A stretch of DNA of 64,000 bases from the sequence record OM632669.1; one strand, written 5' to 3'. The notes beneath the pieces were generated by a model that had not been told where the DNA came from, did not search any database, and was given only the letters and a program-made list of their open reading frames with translations. Source of the stretch: Escherichia phage BEU42. Shown piece after piece: positions 38,551 through 60,485 of the stretch. The position numbers and the translations under genes were made by a program. Position 1 is the stretch's first letter. Each line of letters starts with the position of its first letter.

Positions 38551-41106
38551 TTACGTATCTAAATCAAGCTGCAACGTTATATCTGCAAAGTTGGTAATCA
38601 TGTTGTTAGACATGTCAGCTATATCATGACCAGTCATAAGAGTACGGTTAAGGAATGAATCCAATGGCTCAAATTGTTGGCCTACATTAGTTAGGTTCAT
38701 TGGGTCAATGTAACCCATGCCCTCAGTGCCAAACATTTCCTCGTACTTTTCCTGAATGGTTTTCATCTGGTCACGGTACTCTGCCATAAGTTTCTCTGTC
38801 TTTTTGACAGTTTCCATAGCAGAAGCATTGATGTAATCACTTATGCCATTTCCTACAGATGAAGTGAGTTTAATGATGTTATCTGCTTTCATCATTTCAC
38901 CCAGCATCGTAGACATGGATGAACCAGTGGATAAAGCTGTACCAACATTCATGGCTACCATAGAGGCAATGGTAGCAACAATGATTCCAATCTTATCCCC
39001 AAGCAGACTAACAGAGACTGTTTGAATAATGGACATCAGAATCATAGCTGCAATGGCATTAGCCACAGCCCCAACGATAATAGCAGCTAACCCTGCAAAA
39101 CCTAATGCAGCACCAATAGAAGCAGCAGTACCCATTACCCCAGCACCAGCAGCAGGAGTAAAGAACACAGACACTACTACTGCAACAACAACCACTACTA
39201 CTTTAAAGATGCCAGACTGATACCATTTCTTCTTAACTTTCTTATATGAGTTAAGAACCAGATAACAACATGCAGTAGATAACTGAGTACCATTTACCAA
39301 AGACATACTACGATAAATGTTGTTATGAAGAGGGATGATAAATCCGGACTCTTCATCATCATTTAGTGCATCTACACCAGAAATGCTTACAGATTTATTC
39401 TTGTAAACATTATTGTTATGGTTCAGGCCATAGACAGAAATCTTCCTCCATGAATTATCCCCATCCTGCCAATACATTGTTATCTTATCTAGCCTGTAGA
39501 TATTAAACCCAACTTTGTCATTACCCTTTTCAGAGTACATAACGGCTTTCTGCATAAGGACTACAGTACCTTCATAAGCAAACTTGAGCTGCCCTTTCTT
39601 GGCTCCAGAGAATGCTTTTCCCGAACCAACTGACTCTTCAATGAAGTTCCAACTAATAGTCATGTTGTAACGGTATCCACCGTTAGAACGAATATTAATG
39701 GATTTAGAAGGTATTGTTGGATATACGGGTCTTTTAGGGGGTTTCCCTATGGGAATATCCCTATTACCACTACGAGATTTCCACCATTCCTGGTAGGCAT
39801 CAAAGTCCCTGTTAGCCTGAGCAAAGCCTTCTACCAAAGCATCCATAGTTGGGTAGTTTGGGTCAGCAGGCATTGACTGATTCACTAACTGGAAGAACCT
39901 GTATATAATGTCAGAAATCTTACCCCCTGTAGCCTTCTTAAAGGCTTTCTTACAAAGAGTATATGTAGAACCAGAAATCCAGTTCTTATCACTACGGATA
40001 GGGATGAATGAATAGAATCTGTTATTGGTTGTTTTATTAATAAACAAAGCATCAAGAACAGCATTACCACTATTCTGTTTATAAATAAACAGTTGAGGCA
40101 TACCACCAGCAGACAGAGTAGTAACTACATCTGTATTCTGATAAGACCATGTATAACCTAAAGTATCTGTAGTTACTGTAGTAGTTCTGGTTTCAGTAAC
40201 CCCACCACCTAAATCAATAACTTCAGTGTTTGTAGTGGAACCAGTAGATACAGTACCAGTCTGTACCTGGGTCATTGTAGTCTTACGAATAATGATTAAG
40301 CCTACTTCACTTGGTTCACGAAATTCTTTCTCGTAAACATCTGAGAAGTTAGTCCAACTAACCTGTTCTTCTTCAGTATTGGTACTTTCCTCATCAGGTC
40401 TACCATCAGAGAATACACTCTTAATATGAGTAACTGTCTTCAGAGTAGCTGACTTAGGGGTATGGTTCTGAGATACCTGAGTCCATTCAGAAGTAGAAGG
40501 TAAGTCATCAGCAGATGATACAGATACAACAGGATGAACCACTGGGTCTGCAACACTAGTAGGCTGTATGTAGTAATAATTCACATACAGATACATTGCA
40601 TCCTGACTGTAATTCTTTGGATAAAAGGATAACTCACTACCATCAGTAGCAGTGAGTACAATCCTGTCATCATCCATGATGTCTATTTCAAACTCTTCAG
40701 TAATACGGTCTGGATAATTCTCATAGAGGAATTTATCAGCCCATTCCTCAAAATCACCAAATCCAATCCTACTGCTCTGAACCTGTACCTCATAACCTGC
40801 TTTTTGAGGAACTTGCCATTTAACTACTTCAGGGTCTATCTGAGACAGTACTGACAAGTTCCCATAAGCAATACCAATTGAAGGGTCATAGTTAGTTGCA
40901 GCCCAACCAGGGAATCTACGTAAACGAATACCAGGTCCATTTAAATAAGAGTCAGTGATGGTATCACCCATACTAAAGTCAGATTTACTGACGATGTTAC
41001 CAATCACCGTAGTCTTTAAATAATTTGGACGTTTATGTATATCCCCTGCCAAATTGTAGACAGAGGATGCTACGTAGATTTTAGTCTTACTGCTAAACAG
41101 TCCCAT
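38551..41106 (-). CDS. large virion protein with internal multi-helix hydrophobic region (851 aa)
   Basis: ORF; residues about 600-720 form consecutive hydrophobic segments (VVVVVVAVVVSVFFTPAAGAGVMGTAASIGAALGFAGLAAIIVGAVANAIAAMILMSII...). N4 gp53 position. Confidence 0.5.
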   Translation of the reverse strand: MGLFSSKTKIYVASSVYNLAGDIHKRPNYLKTTVIGNIVSKSDFSMGDTITDSYLNGPGIRLRRFPGWAATNYDPSIGIAYGNLSVLSQIDPEVVKWQVPQKAGYEVQVQSSRIGFGDFEEWADKFLYENYPDRITEEFEIDIMDDDRIVLTATDGSELSFYPKNYSQDAMYLYVNYYYIQPTSVADPVVHPVVSVSSADDLPSTSEWTQVSQNHTPKSATLKTVTHIKSVFSDGRPDEESTNTEEEQVSWTNFSDVYEKEFREPSEVGLIIIRKTTMTQVQTGTVSTGSTTNTEVIDLGGGVTETRTTTVTTDTLGYTWSYQNTDVVTTLSAGGMPQLFIYKQNSGNAVLDALFINKTTNNRFYSFIPIRSDKNWISGSTYTLCKKAFKKATGGKISDIIYRFFQLVNQSMPADPNYPTMDALVEGFAQANRDFDAYQEWWKSRSGNRDIPIGKPPKRPVYPTIPSKSINIRSNGGYRYNMTISWNFIEESVGSGKAFSGAKKGQLKFAYEGTVVLMQKAVMYSEKGNDKVGFNIYRLDKITMYWQDGDNSWRKISVYGLNHNNNVYKNKSVSISGVDALNDDEESGFIIPLHNNIYRSMSLVNGTQLSTACCYLVLNSYKKVKKKWYQSGIFKVVVVVVAVVVSVFFTPAAGAGVMGTAASIGAALGFAGLAAIIVGAVANAIAAMILMSIIQTVSVSLLGDKIGIIVATIASMVAMNVGTALSTGSSMSTMLGEMMKADNIIKLTSSVGNGISDYINASAMETVKKTEKLMAEYRDQMKTIQEKYEEMFGTEGMGYIDPMNLTNVGQQFEPLDSFLNRTLMTGHDIADMSNNMITNFADITLQLDLDT

Positions 41107-41109
41107 GTA

Positions 41110-42018
<909 letters not shown>

Positions 42019-42031
42019 TCATTGGTTCATT

Positions 42032-42067
42032 AAAAGAAAACGGCTCACGGTTTTACCCAGTGAGCCG
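42032..42067 (-). terminator. possible terminator hairpin within the late operon
   Basis: 8-bp stem cggctcac/gtgagccg with 11-nt loop; on the minus strand followed by TTTTCTTTT. Confidence 0.4.
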
Positions 42068-42088
42068 TGCTGACTTACAGATTAACTC

Positions 42089-42715
42089 TTATTGAGAGTC
42101 TACGCTACCAGCAGCAATCTGAGCAGCAGCCAGAGTTTGTAATTCTTCCTTAGTCAGTGGAGGCAGAACTTCAATGGCAAACTCACGTACCCATGCAGAC
42201 GTAATATTAGGCTGACCATTCTTACCTTTGGTAACTCGAATGTTCAGGAACTTACGTTCTTTGAGGAAATTATAAATACAGTAAGGGATGTGATAGCCCT
42301 CATCAGTAGCTTCACCAAATGGAACGAATTTACGAACAGTACCAATATATTCGTTAGCTACTGTAATAATCTCACCAGGCAGGTCTTTCTTCTTAGGGTC
42401 AAGGTTCTGAATACGTACTCGAACCAGCTTTAATTGTTCTAAGCGTTGCTGGTGACGTAAAGAAGTTGCCGTAGTTACTGTACCTGTAGACAGAGCCAGA
42501 GGATTAGGCTGAGGTTCTACTGGTTCCTGAGCTTTATTTTCCTGTGCTGCTTCAATCTTCTTACGAAGAGTTTCAGCACTAATATTATTTGAGTATGAAA
42601 TACCCATCATATTAGCTCGTTGTTTCAGCAGAGAAAGTTCATCAACCTTAACTTCATCAACGGTGTCATCGTTGCCCTGAGTTAAATCAGCGGTCGGTTT
42701 ATCGTTAATGCTCAT
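42089..42715 (-). CDS. hypothetical late protein (208 aa)
   Basis: ORF immediately downstream (minus sense) of the capsid gene. Confidence 0.45.
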   Translation of the reverse strand: MSINDKPTADLTQGNDDTVDEVKVDELSLLKQRANMMGISYSNNISAETLRKKIEAAQENKAQEPVEPQPNPLALSTGTVTTATSLRHQQRLEQLKLVRVRIQNLDPKKKDLPGEIITVANEYIGTVRKFVPFGEATDEGYHIPYCIYNFLKERKFLNIRVTKGKNGQPNITSAWVREFAIEVLPPLTKEELQTLAAAQIAAGSVDSQ

Positions 42716-42777
42716 GTGTATATATCCTATTCATAAAGTAAGGGGAGGTTTCCCTCCCCCTGATGTTAGCCCAACTA

Positions 42778-43983
42778 TTACAGCGGAGCTACAGTTTTAA
42801 TAAGAGCCAGACGTTCTGGACGTTTAACCAGAATACCGTAGTACCATTTGATGCTGGAGAAACCAGTTTCACCATATGGGTCATTACGGTCAGCAGTTTC
42901 TTTACCAGGCATCTTAGTCATAACGGTAAATTTAAGTGACTTACCATCAGTCTGGAAGCCAATAGAGGTAAAGGAATCATCACCTACTACCAGCATTGGG
43001 TAAACGTCATAGTGCTCCTGACCAGATACCATAGAGGTACGGTAACCAGGGTTAGCTCCAGTAGCCTGTGCACCAGCACCTGCCCAGTGCAGCATCTCCG
43101 GAACCTGAATGATACGGAACTTATCAATAGAACCGACTTCACCATTCATGATAGTACCTGCATCAGCATAGTGCTGAGTTTCGATAAAGGCTTTATTACC
43201 GAACAAGTCTCTCATTGCTTTCAGTTCTGGAACCAGTTCAGAACCTACATACATAACACGAGTAGCACCGATGACTTTAGTATCAATCATACGGGAACCA
43301 GTGATGATGGTAGTCTGAGTAGGAGTACGGTTCTCTGTCAGAATCTGGTCAAGACGCATCAGGTTCTTATAAGAAACGATAGACGGAGTAGAACCTTCAC
43401 CAGTGATGGTGGCATCAGAAGTAGCAGCACCAGCATACAGAACAGTACCAGCAGCAGCCAGCAAGTCTTTTTGCAGTACAGCTTCAGTAATCTGAGTAGC
43501 ACCATTCATCAGTTCACGGGACAGGTGTTCCATCAGGCCATCGTCAGAATCGAAATCAATAGATTCCTGAGTGAACTCATAGAAGAAGCCAAACTTGTGA
43601 ATAGAACCTTCACGAGCAATACGAGTAAAACCAACACGGTTAACTCGACCGCCGTTTTCAGTCAGTAGAGGCAATTTGGAAGTAATGTTACCGATGTCTT
43701 TGCTGGAACCATACAGGTTACCGTTAACGATGGTAGCACCACTTGCATCAATACCCTGGTCATTGATGTTACGGTCATCCAGCAGAGGAACATATTCATA
43801 TACCTTGATGGTCTTACCGTAATGCTTCGGCATGTTAGTTACAGAGGCCAGTGGCATGAAGTACTGCTCTTTACGGGCAGTGATGATTGCTTTCTTCAGC
43901 CAGAAGAAGGTTTGCATCTGGTCAGAGTTAGCACCATCAATACTAGATTTCTGACCGTCAGTAGGAGCGTTATAGTTCAACAT
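42778..43983 (-). CDS. putative major capsid protein
   Basis: 401-aa ORF at the N4 gp56 position (5 genes after the vRNAP, before scaffold-like and portal genes); good RBS; hairpin downstream. No motif-level proof. Confidence 0.5.
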   Translation of the reverse strand: MLNYNAPTDGQKSSIDGANSDQMQTFFWLKKAIITARKEQYFMPLASVTNMPKHYGKTIKVYEYVPLLDDRNINDQGIDASGATIVNGNLYGSSKDIGNITSKLPLLTENGGRVNRVGFTRIAREGSIHKFGFFYEFTQESIDFDSDDGLMEHLSRELMNGATQITEAVLQKDLLAAAGTVLYAGAATSDATITGEGSTPSIVSYKNLMRLDQILTENRTPTQTTIITGSRMIDTKVIGATRVMYVGSELVPELKAMRDLFGNKAFIETQHYADAGTIMNGEVGSIDKFRIIQVPEMLHWAGAGAQATGANPGYRTSMVSGQEHYDVYPMLVVGDDSFTSIGFQTDGKSLKFTVMTKMPGKETADRNDPYGETGFSSIKWYYGILVKRPERLALIKTVAPL

Positions 43984-43994
43984 GTCTCAATTCC

Positions 43995-45212
43995 TTATAG
44001 GCCGTTCAGCCGAGGTAGTTTCATAAAGTCCTCGTCACTCATTGCAAGAGGATTAACAAGGACTTCTGTCTTACGCGGTGTAACCCGTGATGGGGATGCC
44101 GCTGCTGCCTGTTGAGTATTAGTGATTTCAGACTTAGGAGTTGCAACACGAGTTGCTACTGGCTGAACCACTGGTTTAGGTTGTTCAACAGGTTTCTGCT
44201 TAATCAAATCATTAAAACCACCATTAGCAGCAAGGTAGTTACCGACTTGATTATAAGCATCCAGGAATGCTGTACCGATTGGGATTTGGCCTAAGATTTT
44301 GAGTCGTTCAATTTCAGAAACAATACGGTCGTAAATACCGTTAGCTTTCTGTTCAACGATGGTATTAACCAGACCACGATTTTCCAGCAATGCCTGTTTG
44401 CTGTGGTCATCCCACGTAGTCGAAATTAACTGAAGAGTAGCTTGTCCTTCTGGAGTGGATTTAGCATCTTCCAGTTCGGTTGCAAATGCTGCTTCAGCAT
44501 CTGACACACGGTGATTACCAGCTTGGTATTTAACTTCCTCTTCCGGATTAATATCCAGAACATCAATACCAGATTCTTTAACCAACTTCTTAATAGCATC
44601 AGGATTCCCTTTAACTAAATCGATAGCATAAGAGAGTTGCCCTTCATCTAATAATCCGTTGTTTTCTAACATCAGGAGATACTTACGATACGGCTGAATC
44701 TCCTGCATTTTACGGGTATAGTTAGCTCCCATTTGCATCAGGCTAATGACCTCTTCAGGACTTTGAGGAGTAATCATTTTGCCGTTAGCTTTAAACGGAG
44801 CCATTATCCGTTCATAACCAGCCTTATAGTCGAAGTCAGTTTTCTGGTCTGATACCTGCTTGTCTTCTTCTACTTTTGCTTGGCCTTGCTCAGTAGTAGA
44901 AGGTGCATTATCAGTAGCAGGCTTACTGTTGCTGTCAACCTTATTTGGGTCAACTGTAGCACTATCATTACCAGTTGTGAATGCATCTGAATTGCTTTCT
45001 GATTCAGAAGTATTTTCTACTTCAGTTGGTTCAGTAGTTACTTCTGGTTCATCAGTTTGTTCAACTTCAACAATTGGGTCTGGTTGTGCAGGAGTATTAT
45101 TTTCTACCGGTTCCGGGTTGTTCTGAATGCTTGATGGACCAGGCATGTTCAGAATCTCTTCATCCGACATTTTAAAAATGTCGGAAGCTGTTTTTGCAGC
45201 TTCCGTAGTCAT
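43995..45212 (-). CDS. putative scaffolding-like protein with acidic low-complexity N-terminus (405 aa)
   Basis: ORF with GGAGAT RBS; N-terminal about 130 aa rich in E/T/S/D/N/P; located between portal and capsid genes. Confidence 0.4.
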   Translation of the reverse strand: MTTEAAKTASDIFKMSDEEILNMPGPSSIQNNPEPVENNTPAQPDPIVEVEQTDEPEVTTEPTEVENTSESESNSDAFTTGNDSATVDPNKVDSNSKPATDNAPSTTEQGQAKVEEDKQVSDQKTDFDYKAGYERIMAPFKANGKMITPQSPEEVISLMQMGANYTRKMQEIQPYRKYLLMLENNGLLDEGQLSYAIDLVKGNPDAIKKLVKESGIDVLDINPEEEVKYQAGNHRVSDAEAAFATELEDAKSTPEGQATLQLISTTWDDHSKQALLENRGLVNTIVEQKANGIYDRIVSEIERLKILGQIPIGTAFLDAYNQVGNYLAANGGFNDLIKQKPVEQPKPVVQPVATRVATPKSEITNTQQAAAASPSRVTPRKTEVLVNPLAMSDEDFMKLPRLNGL

Positions 45213-45237
45213 GGGAGTATCTCCGAGTTAGGATTAA

Positions 45238-45585
45238 TTAAACTTCTTCAGGTTCACCACGAGCAACATCCAATGCATTCTCAATATCTGATTGGACACC
45301 TACCAGTGTTTCTGCTTTCTGAAGAGTAATTTCCAGATAACGTTTTAAACAACCAGCAGCTTGAGCCATAGCAAGAGCATCAGCACGTTGACGGTCTTCA
45401 AGTAATGGGTCACAGGATTCTTGTACATAACGAGCACAGTCTACAGTACAGAATTGCTCAAGAATTACTTTACGGAAAAGGGAATTACCCATCAGCTTAC
45501 GAACATCTTCTGCATAAGCACGAGCAGCTTTAATACCCTTCAGTTGGTGTTCCAGTCCTTCAATTTCTTTTTCTTTGCTGTACAT
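45238..45585 (-). CDS. hypothetical protein (115 aa)
   Basis: ORF 3 nt downstream (minus sense) of the portal gene. Confidence 0.5.
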   Translation of the reverse strand: MYSKEKEIEGLEHQLKGIKAARAYAEDVRKLMGNSLFRKVILEQFCTVDCARYVQESCDPLLEDRQRADALAMAQAAGCLKRYLEITLQKAETLVGVQSDIENALDVARGEPEEV

Positions 45586-45587
45586 AA

Positions 45588-48371
<2,784 letters not shown>

Positions 48372-48391
<20 letters not shown>

Positions 48392-48998
48392 TACACCTCT
48401 CCAGAGGGACATTACCAATACGGTTAGCAATCCATCCTGTAGTGTACTCAGGCATATTAAGAGATAAATAGTAGTTTAACTGTTTACCATCCAGAGACTT
48501 CAAAATGAGCTTACAGGCTTCTACTTTGCCTCGTTTATTCTGAAGGCTCTTATATGCACTTAGAGTTCCAGAACCGACTTTACCATCAACTTGTATTTTA
48601 GGGTAGTCTTTGCCATTTCTGGAGAAAGCATTAAGAGATTCTTGTAACCAACGAGATGGTCTTGCAGGTCCAGTATTAACACCAGCATCTACTAGTTTTT
48701 CTGTTACCGCCGGTGATACATCTGCAAACTTAACAAAGCCAGGCTTCAAGATGTAATCGTTGTAATAAATACTTGATGCCATTTCCTGAGTTAAGTTCTT
48801 CATTGAACCATCCCAGTTATACATCGACTCTAGTTCTTGCTTATGCTTTTGAGCAACCTGAATAGTTACACCATGATTAGTTTCACCTCCTGGGTCTTTG
48901 GGGTCATTAACGTATCCACCCTCAACAGCAAATACAGCAGCAATGATTGCTGCAATAACTCCTCCAACACCACCAACTTTCTTCTTACTTATTGCCAC
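48372..48998 (-). CDS. endolysin, GH108-type N-acetylmuramidase with N-terminal SAR-like segment
   Basis: Motif EGGYVNDPKDPGGETNHGVT after a Gly/Ala-rich weakly hydrophobic N-terminus (VGGVGGVIAAIIAAVFAV); GTG start with AGGAGG RBS; 208 aa. Confidence 0.65.
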
Positions 48999-49248
48999 AC
49001 CAATCCTCCTTTGGTTTCAAACGAACCAGTCGGCAAATAATATTCAGCACAAAGAGTGCTATAGCAATGTTATTGCCATGTGGAATATCTTTGAGGATAT
49101 GTTGGGGTAATGCAGAGAAAGAACTGGATAAGGCATCCACACAAGAGAAGAACAATATTGCTAATGTGCTAATCTGAATAGATGCCCATTTCCAACAACG
49201 TTTCCAATTAGGAACCATTTCCACATGTTTGGTTAACTTGCGAACCAT
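48985..49248 (-). CDS. putative holin/pinholin (about 87 aa, two TM helices)
   Basis: Internal start MVRKLTKH of track ORF 48985..49314; two hydrophobic helices; immediately upstream of the SAR-type endolysin. Confidence 0.4.
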   Translation of the reverse strand: MVRKLTKHVEMVPNWKRCWKWASIQISTLAILFFSCVDALSSSFSALPQHILKDIPHGNNIAIALFVLNIICRLVRLKPKEDWCGNK

Positions 49249-49565
49249 GCAAAAATCTCCCGTCTGGCAGCAGCCAGTATACCAATAATGATACCTGCTC
49301 CAGCCCATACCCATTTACCAAACAATCCAGCACCAACAACTTTATGTTTGATGGTAATGAACTCTTCAATAGTAGGGGCAGACTCAGCCAGAGACTTTTC
49401 TACATTCTCCAGTCGAGTGTCCATCTTATTAATAGACAGTTGAAGGTTACGTACAGCATCATCTAAATCTTGCCGAGATTTAGCATCACGGGCATTATTT
49501 TCGAAGAGTGTCTTCATACGTTCCTCCATTCGAGCTAGGAGCACCTCTACGGATTCATGACTCAT
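49233..49565 (-). CDS. membrane-anchored protein (110 aa, C-terminal TM helix)
   Basis: Charged helical N-terminal region and C-terminal hydrophobic segment (GLFGKWVWAGAGIIIGILAAA); first gene of the lysis cluster. Confidence 0.45.
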   Translation of the reverse strand: MSHESVEVLLARMEERMKTLFENNARDAKSRQDLDDAVRNLQLSINKMDTRLENVEKSLAESAPTIEEFITIKHKVVGAGLFGKWVWAGAGIIIGILAAARREIFAWFAS

Positions 49566-49580
49566 GCTAAATCCTTATTG

Positions 49581-49601
49581 AAAAAGCCGGGTATCCCCGG
49601 C
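49581..49601 (-). terminator. Rho-independent terminator (minus strand)
   Basis: Plus-strand aaaaagccggg-tatc-cccggct; on the minus strand the hairpin is followed by TTTTT; downstream of the 417-aa gene. Confidence 0.55.
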
Positions 49602-49668
49602 TCTGTTAGTCCTAATGAACAGAGAGTGTGTTTATACACCCGTCAAATAGTACCGATATTTACTAGTA

Positions 49669-50925
<1,257 letters not shown>

Positions 50926-50954
50926 TTAATACCCCCATTGCTGGGGGTTCCTTG

Positions 50955-57528
<6,574 letters not shown>

Positions 57529-59121
57529 TCACACAATATATGAAGAGAGTGGGTTAACACTTCCAGTATCATCACCATCATCCCACAATGGGTCACCTGA
57601 TGTATTAACTGGAACCATACCTGCTTGTGGTTTCCACGGGTTCAGGTAGCCAAGCATTGAAATGGTATCAATACAGTCATCCTTACCTTTAAGACCATTG
57701 ATAGTGGCTAAACGAATTTGCCCCATAAAGAGTGTCATGATTGGGCTATCTTTCATCTCAGCAGGAAAATACATCTTACCAGCTTTGAACCAGGGAACCA
57801 CGAGGTTAAACCTTGATAGCTTACTGGTTACAGGATGAATACCCGGTTGGCCTCCACGACTGGATGCAAAGTTAAAGAACACATTACGGTTAAGCATTTC
57901 CTTCTGAAGAAGAGAAATAAAACCACCTTGCTGTCCGGTAGTTTCTACACCAACTTGTTGTGGTTGGTATTCCTGAACCAGACGGAATAAGTCATCAAAG
58001 TTCTTATCCATAGTTTGACGGCAAGCAATACCATCTACCCAGAACCAGTCACCGTTAGAACCATATGCCCATACTGATATTACAGAGTAGTCAGATACCT
58101 GCTTCTCACTAGTAGCAAAGTCAGTAGTGATATAAAAGTTATAACAAGAACGTAGACGTAATAGCTGCGTACGGGAATACCATTTAATCTCTGAATCTTG
58201 AATCAGACGTTCATCTTCAGAGCTGATACGTAACATCAATTCCTGATAAAAGGATGCCAGCTTACCTGTCTTCAATGCCATCTGGTATTGGTCATTGATG
58301 TAGTCATAGGAGAAACGGTCTTCCCAAGCACCTTGAAATTCTTCTCGCGTACATGGGAATTTCTCACATACAGGCCATACGTTGACATCCCAAGCACCGG
58401 ATTCAACTGCTTCAATAAGAATATCTTCCTTATTAAAGGGAGTACCATTAAAGATTACCTTACGTCTTGTTGGGTCGAGAGCATGGTTCACACCCTTATA
58501 TACCGTGTCTTTAATGGCTTCCATTGATGTACGTGAGCGAGCATCATCATCACTAACTAAGTCATCCAGTACACACAGAACAGGACGTTTACCAAAAATC
58601 TTAGTACCGCGAAGACCCGTCTTAGCACCAAACATCTTCACACCAAGACGGTGACCTTCAGCATTTACAAACTCAAGGTAGTTATCTGTGAAGGTAGCTT
58701 TAGGAATCCATTGTTGCAGGAATGGTGAATTGTTGTATCGAAACTCAATGTTCTTACGGGCAGACTTAACACCGTTATCCATAGAGTCAGACACATAAAT
58801 CATTCCTTCTACTTTACCCAAGCTAGGTAGATGCCCAAACACTGCTAAGAACAAAGTAAAGTATTCCATGAACAGAGTTGTCTTTGCTGCACCACGGAAA
58901 CATAAGTTAGCAATGTACTGATTCTTACTGGTTATCTTATCCAGCATTTTTAAGTGAACAGGAGGGGTTTTGTTTGATTCCCCCTCCTTACCATTAACCA
59001 GCTTAATAAAGTTAGCAAAGGTCAGTGCAAACTCGGTTGGTATATACGTAGGGGTATTCAGAACGGAATAGTCCACTTGGTCTAGCCATTCATCCAACTC
59101 CTGTTTAATTAGTTCAGACAT
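57529..59121 (-). CDS. terminase large subunit
   Basis: Walker A-like LCFRGAAKTT in the N-terminal ATPase region; about 530 aa from the second in-frame Met (MSELIKQ), which gives an 8-nt overlap with the upstream gene; track ORF extends to 59163. Confidence 0.65.
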   Translation of the reverse strand: MSELIKQELDEWLDQVDYSVLNTPTYIPTEFALTFANFIKLVNGKEGESNKTPPVHLKMLDKITSKNQYIANLCFRGAAKTTLFMEYFTLFLAVFGHLPSLGKVEGMIYVSDSMDNGVKSARKNIEFRYNNSPFLQQWIPKATFTDNYLEFVNAEGHRLGVKMFGAKTGLRGTKIFGKRPVLCVLDDLVSDDDARSRTSMEAIKDTVYKGVNHALDPTRRKVIFNGTPFNKEDILIEAVESGAWDVNVWPVCEKFPCTREEFQGAWEDRFSYDYINDQYQMALKTGKLASFYQELMLRISSEDERLIQDSEIKWYSRTQLLRLRSCYNFYITTDFATSEKQVSDYSVISVWAYGSNGDWFWVDGIACRQTMDKNFDDLFRLVQEYQPQQVGVETTGQQGGFISLLQKEMLNRNVFFNFASSRGGQPGIHPVTSKLSRFNLVVPWFKAGKMYFPAEMKDSPIMTLFMGQIRLATINGLKGKDDCIDTISMLGYLNPWKPQAGMVPVNTSGDPLWDDGDDTGSVNPLSSYIV

Positions 59122-59806
59122 CAATAATATCCTCGTCTTCTCGAACCAGTGTGGAACCTGCAATTACTTTAGTAGGTGTACCAGCTTCAATAGCTGCTTT
59201 CTGAGCTTCAGCCAACTGGGTTAGTGTATTCTTGAGTTCAGTCAATCCAGAGTTTTCTCTCAAATCCAGATTGATATTAGTAACAGCATCCTTCGGTTTC
59301 TGGAGGTGAGTAAGGATAGAGTTGGCAGCATCACACTGTACCTTCTCACTGGTAGCATTCTTCATGAGCCATGCCTGATGGTTCAATGCTTCCTGAAACA
59401 AATCCTGATTAACAATCCATACTGGAATCAGTGATTGTTCCATAATGAGGTTTACTAACTTACCTCTATGGTAAGCAGATACATAAGCAGAGATGTCCTT
59501 CTCACTGGTTCCTCTTGCTACTAATTCAGCTTGTCTGTTGGGGAATGTTTTGAAATAAGCATCTTTGTTACTATACCCCATGTGTTTGTAAGTAACATAT
59601 TGAACAGCATTAAGATAATCCTGGGTCTTAAACTTCCCATCCTTCATCACCCCAGCATAAGTCACAAAGTTATTTCTAATTTGCTCTGCTGCTGTCTGGT
59701 CTTGGGTCACATTGTTAATCATGTTTACCAGTTGGTCAGTAACACTGCTTTTAAACTGGGGAGGCAATGCAGAAACAATGTCTTTCTTAGTCAGTAGTGT
59801 GCTCAT
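59114..59806 (-). CDS. hypothetical protein (230 aa); possible terminase small subunit by position
   Basis: First gene of the minus-strand late block; AGGAAG RBS; no motif recognised. Confidence 0.4.
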   Translation of the reverse strand: MSTLLTKKDIVSALPPQFKSSVTDQLVNMINNVTQDQTAAEQIRNNFVTYAGVMKDGKFKTQDYLNAVQYVTYKHMGYSNKDAYFKTFPNRQAELVARGTSEKDISAYVSAYHRGKLVNLIMEQSLIPVWIVNQDLFQEALNHQAWLMKNATSEKVQCDAANSILTHLQKPKDAVTNINLDLRENSGLTELKNTLTQLAEAQKAAIEAGTPTKVIAGSTLVREDEDIIDV

Positions 59807-59933
59807 AGTCTTCCTACAAATTATCTAGAGTGAAGAGGATTCTTTTCTTGGGGTTAGCACCCCTTGCAGAAACCTATACATAGATTTAGACTTTAGACTT
59901 TCTTTAGTCTCCTTACAATAGTAAGACAGAGAC

Positions 59934-60275
59934 ATGGGGAGCCTATTGCCCAAAGGAACCAGTAACATGAGGCTATTCTATAGTTTTGACGGTAATGACC
60001 AATGGAATGAGATAGACTTCAGTAAAATAGGTGGAGCTATCCCAGTTGGAGGGGCTATACCAGGTGACCATATCTTATGTCACGATGAGGAGTCTTTCCA
60101 TTACATCTCAGGTATGATGTTAATCAATAACGTCACTGGGTTTACTGTCCATAAACCTGCACCAGTACGTGTCATTACCAAGCCTATCGAGGGTCTTGCA
60201 TTCTTTACAAGAATACCTCAAAGTATCTCTATCAAACGACAGCGTGACGCCATCGAGATGACCGTGGTTGCTTGA
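59934..60275 (+). CDS. hypothetical early protein (113 aa)
   Basis: First plus-strand ORF after the strand switch; weak RBS. Confidence 0.4.
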   Translation: MGSLLPKGTSNMRLFYSFDGNDQWNEIDFSKIGGAIPVGGAIPGDHILCHDEESFHYISGMMLINNVTGFTVHKPAPVRVITKPIEGLAFFTRIPQSISIKRQRDAIEMTVVA

Positions 60276-60438
60276 TAAGCCATTGCCCGCCCAGGAGTTG
60301 GTGGCGGGAAACAGGGAACTGTTTGAATAACCACTTCAGCTACATTCACCTATCTCCAAGACACCTTTGTTATCTGCCATTGGGTGATGAGTAGTATCAG
60401 AGAGAACTGATTTAACAAACACACTCGGTATAGGAATT

Positions 60439-60465
60439 GGGAGCCATTTGGCTCCCTTTTTCTTT
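60439..60465 (+). terminator. Rho-independent terminator
   Basis: Stem gggagcc/ggctccc with 4-nt loop followed by TTTTTCTTT. Confidence 0.65.
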
Positions 60466-60485
60466 TATGAACCAAGGAGTTCTAT

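Noticed and set aside
43012-43668. 218-aa plus-strand ORF antisense to the major capsid gene
   Set aside because: Embedded in a late minus-strand operon with no RBS and a Ser/Thr-rich low-complexity product; shadow ORF.
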